62,290 nucleotides of DNA from an uncultured Dehalococcoidales bacterium (GCA_964561465.1 CAZLPP010000003.1:1-62290); one strand, 5' to 3'; positions 1 to 8,081 are shown, counted from the first letter of the stretch. Notes: generated by a model from the sequence alone, not told the origin. A program made the numbers and translations.

Positions 1-28
1 CTAGCAGTCTCTCCCTTCCCTGAACCCC

Positions 29-495
29 AAGGAGGGGGCCGCAAGGCCCCCTCCTTCCTTTCACCCCGATCCCCCCCAGAGGGCGGACGCAGAGGTCCGC
101 CCCTACAAGAGAATGCGCGGGCGCGTGGCGGCAGCAACGGTGGGCGTCCGGCGGTCCGGAACACCGGCGGGCATGGGAGCCCGCCGCTATACACCGGGCG
201 CCTGCCCCGTGCGAAATGCGGGGACACCATGAGGTGGCCGGGCAGCAGGCGGTGGGAGATTGGTGTCCCCGGATTTCCGCCAGCCAGAGGTGTTCCCCCG
301 ACCATGCGGGCACGCATCTGCGTGCCCCTGCGGGAAACACGGGACGGCGAAAGAAGACCGGTTGGCGACCCGGGCAGGCCCACCACAATCGGACCGCCGT
401 ATGGAGGCCGTTCGTGAACGGCCCGGCGCTCGTCTGGAACGACGGTGGAACCCTCCACGCCCCATTCCGGCGTAGGGGCGAGGCATGCCTCGCCC
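29..495. repeat. Cluster of GC-rich palindromic stem-loops (REP-like units) inside an 852-nt gene-free region
   Basis: Read directly. 29-56 AAGGAGGGGGCC-GCAA-GGCCCCCTCCTT (12-bp stem, GNRA loop). 81-102 GGGCGGAC-n6-GTCCGCCC. 165-186 8-bp stem. 219-271 11-bp stem (CGGGGACACCA/TGGTGTCCCCG). 308-327 GGGCACGCA-TC-TGCGTGCCC. 406-423 GGCCGTTC-GT-GAACGGCC. 476-495 GGGCGAGGCA|TGCCTCGCCC. Several units share a GGGC...GCCC core flanked by CCTAC/GTAGG. Confidence 0.6.
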
Positions 496-852
496 GTTGC
501 GTTGTGACCACACGCCGTCGGCATCAGCCGCGCGCGGACTTCACTTCCGGGCCGATCCTGAGCGGGTCCCGGAAGAGGCAGTTGCGCAGGCGCGGGCCGC
601 GGTCGAGGGCATCCAGCGGTCGGACGCTGGGCACCCTGCCGCGTGGTGTCACGCGGGTGCTCGCTGATGCCGCTTGCCGCGTTGGGCAGATGGCACTTGC
701 GAAGTGGGACCACACGAGGCATGCTATGGCGCACGGCCGACCATGCCACAACCGCGAATGGCACTCCAACCGAGTCTGGAGGGCGGAGTCGGAGCAGGGG
801 CGTTCTGTGGTCTTTGGCTCGTGGGTGGAAAGCTGTAGAGAGGAGTCCTGAA

Positions 853-2397
853 GTGGGGTTCGACGAGTTGATATCGGAGCTTGAGACGAGGAAAGCGACG
901 GCTCTTGAGCAGGGCGGACCTGAAAAGGTCCAGAGACAGCATGATCGCGGCAGACTCACAGCGAGAGAGCGCATAGACAAGCTGCTGGATGCCGGGTCGT
1001 TCCTCGAACTGGGTCTCCTTGCCCACTCAGAGTGGCCGGGAATGGAGGAGAAGACCCCGGCCGATGGCTTGATAATGGGATTCGGCAAGATCAGCGGCCG
1101 TCGGGTTGCGGTGTCCGCGAACGACTTCACCGTGGTGGCATCGACGAACGCGAAGATAAACCTTCGCAAGCTGACTCAGTTCAAGGCGCAGGTCAAGAAG
1201 TTCGGCATCCCGTTCATACACCTGGGTGAGGCAGGAGGCGCGCGAATGCCGGACTGCCAGGGCTCTGCAAGAATGTTTGAACTTGGCGGCGGTGGTACGG
1301 ACACGCTGAGGCCGGAGTTCGTGCACCTGCGGGAGCACCCCTATATCTTTGCGGCCATGGGGGAGTGCTACGGAGTGGCCGATTTCCAGGCGTGCGTCGC
1401 GGATTTCGTTGTCCAGGTGAAGGGAAGTGCAATCGCAGTGTCCGGGCCGAGGGCTCTTGGCAGGGCGATCGGACAGACCTATACCGGCGAGGAGATGGGG
1501 GGATGGGAAGTGCACTCGAAGCGAACAGGCATGACGGATCAGGTGGCCGAGAACGAAGAACATGCCTTCGACATCATGCGACGGTATCTCGACTACATGC
1601 CCAACAACTGCTCGGAACTGCCGCCGGTTCGTCCGGTGCCCGAGGGCTCGGACGAGAGGATGGCGAAGATACTGAACTTCCTTCCCGAGAAGAACACCAG
1701 AGTGTACGACATGCACAAGATCGTCGCGTGCATCGTAGATGGGGGCGAGTACTTTGAGTTGAAGCCGTCTTTCGGCGCCATGCTGATTACCTGTCTTGCG
1801 CGGATCGACGGCCGTGTCGTCGGCATCCATGCGAGCAATCCTCTGGTGAATGTGGGAGCGACCGACACCGATGCGCTGGACAAGTCCATGAGCTTCTTCT
1901 GTCTCTGTGACTCCTACAACATCCCACTGATCTTCATGAACGACACGCCGGGCCACATGACCGGCAAAGAAGCAGAGTTGAAGAGGGTGGGGGCACGCGT
2001 TACCAATCAACTCCAGGCTTTGTTCCAGGTGACGGTGCCCAAAATCACGATCGATATCCGCAAGAACTACGGGCAGGCGATGATTAACACGTGCAGCCTC
2101 GGGTCAGGCCACGACTTCCTTGTTGCGTGGCCGACCGCCGAGATAGGTTTCATGGATCCTGCCATCGCCGCGGACGTGGTCTACGGCAATGTGCCGGAAG
2201 AAGAGAGACGCAATCTCGTGGCGAAGATGAAGGCTGACACATCACCCTACCCTGCCGCAGGGTCGTACTGGATACAGGATGTCATCAACCCGTATGACAC
2301 ACGCAAGTACATCACGAGCATACTCGACATCGTCCGCGACTCTGAGACGAAGGGCATGAGCAGCCACCTCCTGGCGAACTGGCCGAAGAAGTTCTGA
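853..2397 (+). CDS. Acyl-CoA carboxylase carboxyltransferase (beta) subunit / methylmalonyl-CoA decarboxylase alpha-like protein
   Basis: N-terminus VGFDELISELETRKATALEQGGPEKVQRQHDRGRLTARERIDKLLDAGSFLE is the typical carboxyltransferase start. GTG at 853 is in frame with ORF 643..2397 and preceded by AGGAG at 841-845. The in-frame stretch upstream of 853 is R/G-rich and not protein-like. Confidence 0.85.
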   Translation: MGFDELISELETRKATALEQGGPEKVQRQHDRGRLTARERIDKLLDAGSFLELGLLAHSEWPGMEEKTPADGLIMGFGKISGRRVAVSANDFTVVASTNAKINLRKLTQFKAQVKKFGIPFIHLGEAGGARMPDCQGSARMFELGGGGTDTLRPEFVHLREHPYIFAAMGECYGVADFQACVADFVVQVKGSAIAVSGPRALGRAIGQTYTGEEMGGWEVHSKRTGMTDQVAENEEHAFDIMRRYLDYMPNNCSELPPVRPVPEGSDERMAKILNFLPEKNTRVYDMHKIVACIVDGGEYFELKPSFGAMLITCLARIDGRVVGIHASNPLVNVGATDTDALDKSMSFFCLCDSYNIPLIFMNDTPGHMTGKEAELKRVGARVTNQLQALFQVTVPKITIDIRKNYGQAMINTCSLGSGHDFLVAWPTAEIGFMDPAIAADVVYGNVPEEERRNLVAKMKADTSPYPAAGSYWIQDVINPYDTRKYITSILDIVRDSETKGMSSHLLANWPKKF

Positions 2398-2491
2398 CCA
2401 TGGAGCGCCTGCAAGCACACGCCATTCCCGTCGCCGTCAAGGCGCGGAGGTCAGCACGTCGCGGACGACGGCATAAGCACAGTTCGCGTCT

Positions 2492-2520
2492 TTGACAGCG
2501 AAGCGCTGACATGGTAACGT
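2492..2520 (+). promoter_or_regulatory. Candidate sigma70-type promoter TTGACA-17nt-TAACGT
   Basis: TTGACA at 2492-2497, 17-nt spacer, TAACGT at 2515-2520, about 90 nt upstream of the 2610 ATG. Pattern match only. Confidence 0.3.
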
Positions 2521-2609
2521 GCGCTGGGTGTGTTGCAGGGGGGGGGCTCTTGTCAACCGGCCCCGTCCGGAGGCGCGCCTGACACAAGACCAAGGAGGAA
2601 TGGTATCGC

Positions 2610-3185
2610 ATGGCGAAGCGACTCGAGAAGAAATACGACCAGGGTACCCACGTCGCGGTGTACTGCGACGAGGTTCCGCCGCTGGGTGAGGACAGGAAGA
2701 CGATATTCCTGCCTGACACCGATGTCTTCAAGATGGTTGATCTTGGCGGCCGAACACTGGGTATCTTCCTGACTGAGGTTCTTGCGCCTCTGGCTGAGAA
2801 GTACGGTGATGAGGTCTGGGAGATCGGCCGCAAGGCGATGTACGAGGTTGGCCGGCGCCGCGCCGCAACCATGCAGAAGCGCATGAAGATCGACGACCTC
2901 AAGGATGCGCGCTGCCTCGGACGCATCATGGATCTCGAAGACAACAACGCCGGTGTACGCGGAGAGTGGGTCGAGTACGGCAAGAAGCGCGCGGTGAAGC
3001 ACGAATACGAGTGCTCTCAGGCAAAGCCGTACGAGAGATGCCCCAAGATCTGCACCGTGCTCCTCGAAGCGATGGAGCAGGGCACGTTCGATGCGCTAGG
3101 CGTCAAGGTGAAGACGCCTATCATCACCAAGGTGTTGCCGGAAGGCGATCCGTACTGCGAAGTCGTCGTCGAACTGGAAGACTGA
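2610..3185 (+). CDS. Small Cys-motif protein, ATC-hydrolase / V4R-like ligand-binding fold (tentative)
   Basis: ATG at 2610 with AAGGAGG at 2592-2598. C-terminal pattern EYECSQ...CPKIC...GDPYCEVVVE resembles the Cys arrangement of L-2-amino-thiazoline-4-carboxylate hydrolase/V4R-type domains. Judged by eye only. Confidence 0.4.
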   Translation: MAKRLEKKYDQGTHVAVYCDEVPPLGEDRKTIFLPDTDVFKMVDLGGRTLGIFLTEVLAPLAEKYGDEVWEIGRKAMYEVGRRRAATMQKRMKIDDLKDARCLGRIMDLEDNNAGVRGEWVEYGKKRAVKHEYECSQAKPYERCPKICTVLLEAMEQGTFDALGVKVKTPIITKVLPEGDPYCEVVVELED

Positions 3186-3213
3186 CGGCCACCGCTCCAA
3201 TCTTCGTGAATAG

Positions 3214-3245
3214 CGAATGCCCGGCCCCACACGTGGCCGGGCATT
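3214..3245. terminator. Bidirectional intrinsic terminator hairpin between convergent genes
   Basis: Perfect 12-bp stem GAATGCCCGGCC (3214-3225) / GGCCGGGCATTC (3234-3245), 8-nt loop, followed by ATTTCTTG on the plus strand. Lies between the 3185 (+) and 3282 (-) gene ends. Confidence 0.6.
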
Positions 3246-3281
3246 CATTTCTTGTCTTCCAGGGTGAGAGGCGAACAGTGC

Positions 3282-3785
3282 CTACTTGCCCTGCTCCCGT
3301 GCGTCGAGAATCATTTCGGCCACGATCCGCGCCGCCCTGCCGGGAACGTAGCTACAGCGCTTGTAGCCGTCCATCTTGACGAATTCCTTGGCATCCTCGG
3401 GGCTGGCGAGATTCAGCTCTTTGCCGAAACGCTGTTTGACGATGTCGCGGCACATGACGGTGCCGAACTCCTGCTCGAATGCCTTGCAGAACTTCCGCCC
3501 CTGCGAAATCGCCCGGAAGTAGCTCTGCATGTCTTTCGGGTCTTCCCGTCCCCAGACCAGACCAATGGCCATCAGCCCGCCGACTACACCCCCGCAGGTT
3601 TCGCCTCTCAGCGCGATACCCGGCATTGCCGTCGCGGCCTTGTAGGTCTGGACGTTCCCGATTCCGAACTGCTCCTGAAGCGCTCTGAGGCACCCCTGTG
3701 CGCAACAGCCGGACTCTATTTCGAACTCGGCTGCCTTCCTCTCAACTTCGTCGAGTATTCTGCTCCTGGACTCATCTGTCGACAT
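3282..3785 (-). CDS. C_GCAxxG_C_C family redox-active protein
   Basis: Signature SGCCAQGCLRALQEQFG. I prefer the internal ATG at 3785 (MSTDESRS...), preceded by AAAGGAGA, over the ORF-track start at 3821. Confidence 0.75.
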   Translation of the reverse strand: MSTDESRSRILDEVERKAAEFEIESGCCAQGCLRALQEQFGIGNVQTYKAATAMPGIALRGETCGGVVGGLMAIGLVWGREDPKDMQSYFRAISQGRKFCKAFEQEFGTVMCRDIVKQRFGKELNLASPEDAKEFVKMDGYKRCSYVPGRAARIVAEMILDAREQGK

Positions 3786-4283
3786 TGCTCGCCGTCTCCT
3801 TTCTTGAAGCCCTGCAGTCACGCGCCGGGGCTATCATGTGCAGCCCACAGCATGAAGGAAACCGGGGCAGTTTTCAAGCGCGCGTACTCGTCCGGATGGT
3901 TGAGAGACACATCACCTCCTTGCGGTTGTGATGGTGCTGCTGCAGAGACTGCTGCGGGGTGAAGCAGCCGAGCGTACGGTGTCGCTTGCTCACGCCCGCT
4001 TTGCATGGCTCTCGGCTGTGGAAGGCGAGGAGCGCACGTGACGCCTGCTCAACGGAGTAGGATGCAGGCTGTCTTGCCGTATCTACGTGGCAGACTGGAC
4101 TCCCGGCGGCAGAGGACGGACGCGCCTGCCGTCCTCACGTAGTCTGACACGAATCAAGGTGATGGTGTCTCTCTGGTATACAATAGGCACCGTTCCCGAA
4201 TTCCCGATGCCCCGGCGCAGCGGCCCAACTTGAAGGAGCCGCAGCACGTGACGTTCAGGGGGTCGGGTTGAGGAGGTGATTTC

Positions 4284-5045
4284 TTGACGCTTGTGAGGAT
4301 TGACTGGAAGGGCAAAGCAAGGTGGACCATCCTGGAGAGAGATTCGTTGTACTCACTCGAAGGCGATGTGTTTGGCAGCTTTCGGAAAGGAGTACGCGTC
4401 TGCGCCTTTTCTGAGGCGACGCTGCTCGCTCCCGCGGAGCCCGGCGCCATCGTGTGCTGCGGTCTCAACTACATGGACACGGTTGAACAACTGAAAGTCC
4501 AAATCCCCAAGGAGCCTGCTCTCTTCTTCAAGCCGGCTTCGGCTCTCGTCAATCCGCGTGAGGATGCAGGCAGTCTTCCCATCGCCGCAGACACTCGCTA
4601 CGAAGCTGAGCTCTGCGCTGTGATCAAGCGCCGTGCCTGGCGTGTTTCGGAATCCGAAGCAGGCGATTGTGTCCTGGGCTACACGTGCGGCAACGACATG
4701 ACTCTTTGGGACTTGATTGAGAAGGACGGCCGCCTCACCCGTGCCAAGGGTTACTACAAGTCGGCTCCACTCGGGCCGGTTCTGGTGACGGACCTCGACC
4801 CCTCGGCCTTGCGCATACAGGGGCGAGTCAACGGTGTGACGAAGCAGGATGGCAATACCAGGGACCAGATTTTCACCACGGCGAAGATCATCAGTCACAT
4901 CACCCAGTTCATGCCACTCCTTCCCGGCGACGTCGTGTACACGGGCACTCCCAAGGGCGGTCACTGCCCGGTGAAGGTGGGCGACGTCATCGAGGTGGAG
5001 ATCGACGGTATTGGCGTCTTGCGCAACAAGGTAGCGATGATGTGA
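4284..5045 (+). CDS. Fumarylacetoacetate hydrolase (FAH) family protein
   Basis: TTG start at 4284 with GAGGAGGTGAT at 4270-4280. FAH-family blocks: YEAELCAVIKRR, GYTCGNDMTLWD, PLGP, LLPGDVVYTGTPKG, GDVIEVEIDGIGVLRNKV. Confidence 0.85.
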   Translation: MTLVRIDWKGKARWTILERDSLYSLEGDVFGSFRKGVRVCAFSEATLLAPAEPGAIVCCGLNYMDTVEQLKVQIPKEPALFFKPASALVNPREDAGSLPIAADTRYEAELCAVIKRRAWRVSESEAGDCVLGYTCGNDMTLWDLIEKDGRLTRAKGYYKSAPLGPVLVTDLDPSALRIQGRVNGVTKQDGNTRDQIFTTAKIISHITQFMPLLPGDVVYTGTPKGGHCPVKVGDVIEVEIDGIGVLRNKVAMM

Positions 5046-5266
5046 CGGGGCTCTGGCACGTTGGAGCAGGCGAGGCTGCAAGCTGGCACGCGCCCTGATC
5101 GCCGGTCCGCGATGGAGTCGGCGCGCAATGTGCACGTCCGAGTCTATCCAGAGAACCAGTACGCGGCATCCAGCGCGAAAGGGACTGAGCGGCACATCAA
5201 GAACCGCGCGCCAGCCCCGAAGGGACCGGCACCGGCCGGGAGTTGCTGCAGGTAGGCAATTCCACA

Positions 5267-6052
5267 TCAGGTGGTCTTCTCGACCACCTGTGGCAGCATC
5301 TCGCGACGGTGCATACCACGCAGTTCCGGCACTTCGTCGATGAGCACGAGTCGTGCCCAGGTCAACTCCGGATCCTCACGCAGCGCTACCGTGAACGGTC
5401 GCGTCAGCTTGACCTGAGATTCGCGAACGATGGGCTTGACGACGAACTCAGTCTGCGCCGTTGGCGCCCGGAATGTGGCCAGAGCCAGGTCAAAGCACTC
5501 GATCAGCACGGTGAAGCCGCGAGCCTCCTTGCGCACATCCCAGTCCTCGACCCGGGTCTGTCGCCGGGCGCCGGTCTGATGGACGACTACCATGGTGCCG
5601 CCCGCGTCCCGCAACTCGTGGCAGAAGTCGGCAAGAGGTGAATGCTCGCCTTCGCCCGCCAGTTCGCCCCCCATGATGCGCTCGAGGCTGTCGATGATGA
5701 CGAGAGGAGTGCCGCGCTGCTTCCTGATGAGGTCACGCAACCACTCGCGCCGCTCCCTGTCGTACAGAAGGAAGCCGCAGCGCGAGTAGCAGTCGATGGG
5801 GGTCTCGCGCAGGTCGACGTTGAGGCCACGGGCCAATCGCTCAAAGCGTCGCGTGAAGCTGGAAGTGCCGGAGTCCTCGTCGATGAGAATGACGCGCTGC
5901 TGGTCTACCCTGAATGCGTCCAGGAAGTCGTGCCCGCTGCCGACGCAGATGGCGAGTTGCTCGGCGAGCCATGCCTTGCCCGAATGCAGCTCGCCCATGA
6001 GCACGACGGAACTACCGGAGGGGATGAGACCGTGTACCAGCCATCGTGCCAT
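5267..6052 (-). CDS. RecA-fold AAA_25 (RepA-like) ATPase with atypical Walker A
   Basis: WLVHGLIPSGSSVVLMGELHSGKAWLAEQLA, RVILIDEDSG and PLVIIDSLERI match the AAA_25/RepA-type layout. Walker A reads GELHSGKA (Ala where Ser/Thr is expected). RBS GAGGAGGTG lies upstream of the ATG at 6052. Confidence 0.65.
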   Translation of the reverse strand: MARWLVHGLIPSGSSVVLMGELHSGKAWLAEQLAICVGSGHDFLDAFRVDQQRVILIDEDSGTSSFTRRFERLARGLNVDLRETPIDCYSRCGFLLYDRERREWLRDLIRKQRGTPLVIIDSLERIMGGELAGEGEHSPLADFCHELRDAGGTMVVVHQTGARRQTRVEDWDVRKEARGFTVLIECFDLALATFRAPTAQTEFVVKPIVRESQVKLTRPFTVALREDPELTWARLVLIDEVPELRGMHRREMLPQVVEKTT

Positions 6053-6112
6053 GAGAACACCTCCTCATCCTGAAGTGGTCCTGACTGAAGTATGCCACAC
6101 GGCCCCGGTTTG

Positions 6113-7144
6113 TCAAAGGCGGCGCCGGTTCGACGCATCAGGGCCCTCCGGCTGGAAGGGATGCTTCTCTCTCTCGAAGTCGGGCCGGTAGAAGGCAGCC
6201 GCCCCCGGCTGCTGCGCCAGCACGTGGTCGAAGCCGAGTTCCTGCACGACGCCAATGACGTCGACATACTCCTGAGCGGTGATGCGGCGCGACAGCAAGG
6301 GCATGTGCGACGCCTTGTGACTTGGGAAGTACTGCGCCATGAGACTCAGCGTGACATGGGGCGACACATCGCGCGCGAGCCAGGTCAGGGATTCCCCGCT
6401 GCCGGCGAGGCCGCCGGGTATGACGAGGTGCCGCACGATGAGACCCCTGCGCACGGCTCCCTCGTCATCGAGGAACACGCCGGCGCCCACCTGGCGGTAC
6501 ATCTCGGCGATGGCCGCGCGCGCAACGGGAACGTAGTCGGCTGCGGCCGACAGTCGCGCAGCCACTACGGCGGAGGAGTATTTCAGGTCCGGCAGGTAGA
6601 TATCCACGACGCCGTCGAGCAGACGCAGCACGTCCACGGAGTCATAGGCACTCGTGTTGTACACGAGAGGCAGGCGGAATCCGAAATCAACTGCGAGACA
6701 GAGCGCTTCGAGAATCTGCGGGACGCAGTGGCTCGGTGAGACCAGGTTGACGTTGTGACACCGGAGACCGTCCTGCAGTTGCAGCATCGCGTCCGCCAGC
6801 GACCGGGCTGTCAGCTCCCTGCCGGCGAACGCATCGGGCGACTGGCTTATCTGGTGGTTCTGGCAGTAGACGCAGCGGAGGTTGCAGTTCGCGAAGAAGA
6901 TGGTGCCGCTTCCGCGGCTTCCCGAGATGACTGGCTCCTCTCCGTGATGGTCGCAGAAGGACGCGACAATCGCCTGGCGAGGTGAGCGACAGAAGCCGTG
7001 CTGCCCGGCTGTGCGGTCCACGTGACACGCACGCGGGCAGACGTCGCAAGAGGAAAGCCGCTGAAGCAGGGCGTCCCTGCGCCGCTGCAACTCGCCGCTC
7101 CGGTGAAGGCCGAGGTAGGAAGGAAGGCTGCTGCAGCATGTCAC
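6113..7144 (-). CDS. Radical SAM protein, PflX/COG1313 type (pyruvate formate-lyase-activase-like, substrate unknown)
   Basis: CDVCPRACHVDR...GFC...HHGEEPVISGSRGSGTIFFANCNLRCVYCQNHQISQ plus VYNTSAYDS, DIYLPDLKY and GLIVRHLVIPGG blocks. The ORF track extends to 7684 through S/R-rich non-protein-like sequence. GTG at 7144 gives a family-typical length (about 343 aa). Confidence 0.8.
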   Translation of the reverse strand: MTCCSSLPSYLGLHRSGELQRRRDALLQRLSSCDVCPRACHVDRTAGQHGFCRSPRQAIVASFCDHHGEEPVISGSRGSGTIFFANCNLRCVYCQNHQISQSPDAFAGRELTARSLADAMLQLQDGLRCHNVNLVSPSHCVPQILEALCLAVDFGFRLPLVYNTSAYDSVDVLRLLDGVVDIYLPDLKYSSAVVAARLSAAADYVPVARAAIAEMYRQVGAGVFLDDEGAVRRGLIVRHLVIPGGLAGSGESLTWLARDVSPHVTLSLMAQYFPSHKASHMPLLSRRITAQEYVDVIGVVQELGFDHVLAQQPGAAAFYRPDFEREKHPFQPEGPDASNRRRL

Positions 7145-7331
7145 TCTGTTGCCTGACCTGCCATCGGGACTAGGTGCCGTTCCCCATGGCTCGACCGGCA
7201 CACACCGGGCGCAGCGGTATGATAGCGCATCGGCGTACCGGCGTTGCCCGAAGGGCGAGCACGGCGTATCCTCTCTCGACGAGCCCGCGCCCAGGCGCAG
7301 CGTAGCCTTGCCGGCCCGGAAAGCCTGGTAG

Positions 7332-8081
7332 ATGCAGAGCGAGAATCTGACACGGATCGAGTTGCTCCGGTTGCTGGATGAGCTGGATTCGGCGACTGGA
7401 GAGTGGCTGAGCGTCTTTCTGCGGTGGGACAGCGTGCAACCGCGAATGACACCTGCGATGCTGCTGTCTGCCGCCGACGAATGCGTCGTCTCGGTCGCGG
7501 CTATCCTGGAAGACGAGGGCGTGCAGCGGTCGGTCGAGCGGTACGGCACAGGTCTCGCAGTGTTCCGGTCACTCGACGCGACATACGCCGTCGTGCCGCC
7601 GTTCCCGGTACTGAGAGACAGTGCACGTGTCGGCCGGCCGGAGACCGGGCCTCTCCGCGAACTGTTGGAGCAGCGCCGCTGCATCGCTTTCGTGCTGGTG
7701 ACCTGGGGCGCCTACGTGGCCGGCCTGTACGAAGGGTTGCAGTACGTGGCTCACAAGCAGGGCACGGGGCACATCCATCAGCACACCAAGAAGGGCGGCA
7801 GCAGCCAGGCTCGCTACCAGCGCCGCACCCAGGGGCAACGCGCGGAGTTCCTGCGCCGGGCGGGAGGGCACATCGATGACGTGTTCGGAGCGGAGCAGAT
7901 CGACCACCTCTTCTTCGGCGGAAACCGACTCATACTCCGGCCGCTCGCGGAAGAGTGCGACTTCGTGAGACGCCACTTGCCGGTGTTGTCGCCGCGGACG
8001 CTGCTTGTGAAGAGGGCAACGCTGTCTTCGCTCGATGGAGCGCTGGGGCAGGCATACACCTCGGTGAGCTTCCGGGTCTGA
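7332..8081 (+). CDS. acVLRF1-type (Vms1/ANKZF1-like, eRF1-fold) putative peptidyl-tRNA hydrolase
   Basis: IAFVLVTWGAYVAGLYEG...HKQGTGHIHQHTKKGGSSQARYQRR. The GGSSQ motif (nt 7794-7808) matches the GGSQ catalytic-Gln loop of VLRF1 domains. The RBS before the ATG at 7332 is weak, so the start is uncertain. Confidence 0.7.
   Translation: MQSENLTRIELLRLLDELDSATGEWLSVFLRWDSVQPRMTPAMLLSAADECVVSVAAILEDEGVQRSVERYGTGLAVFRSLDATYAVVPPFPVLRDSARVGRPETGPLRELLEQRRCIAFVLVTWGAYVAGLYEGLQYVAHKQGTGHIHQHTKKGGSSQARYQRRTQGQRAEFLRRAGGHIDDVFGAEQIDHLFFGGNRLILRPLAEECDFVRRHLPVLSPRTLLVKRATLSSLDGALGQAYTSVSFRV

Noticed and set aside
521-670. Possible SRP (4.5S/ffs) RNA. A GGAA tetraloop context, GGGUCCCGGAAGAGGCAG (564-581), is flanked by complementary ends GCATCAGC (521-528) / GCTGATGC (663-670).
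   Set aside because: The helix around the GGAA does not close as in SRP domain IV (a C-A mismatch next to the loop, and no AGCA/AGG symmetric-loop pattern). The two arms would be 50 and 96 nt, too asymmetric. This is probably chance complementarity in GC-rich DNA.
187-851. ORFs 187..513 (-), 216..851 (+), 229..417 (+), 260..475 (+), 485..667 (+) and 524..769 (-) in the left-edge region.
   Set aside because: They have low-complexity Arg/Gly/Pro-rich translations, no RBS, and no third-position GC bias comparable to neighbouring genes. Their 'peptides' (for example GRGMPRPY) are just translations of the GC-rich palindromes.
3818-3910. Possible 30-aa leader peptide (VSLNHPDEYARLKTAPVSFMLWAAHDSPGA) with AAGGAGGTGAT just upstream, ending 33 nt before the C_GCAxxG_C_C start.
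   Set aside because: The spacing from the RBS to the GTG is short (4 nt), there is no conservation evidence, and the composition is unremarkable. The AAGGAGG could be fortuitous. Listed only for completeness.
6113-7684. N-terminally extended ORF-track models. Examples: 6113..7684, 12845..13720, 12070..13200, 18041..18913, 30866..32230, 39990..40937, 45366..47054, 49089..50453, 49994..51724, 59478..60791, 60632..61168, 643..2397.
   Set aside because: The extensions overlap neighbouring genes or consist of non-protein-like sequence. Internal ATG/GTG/TTG codons preceded by GGAGG-type sites give family-typical N-termini, and these were used for the reported coordinates.
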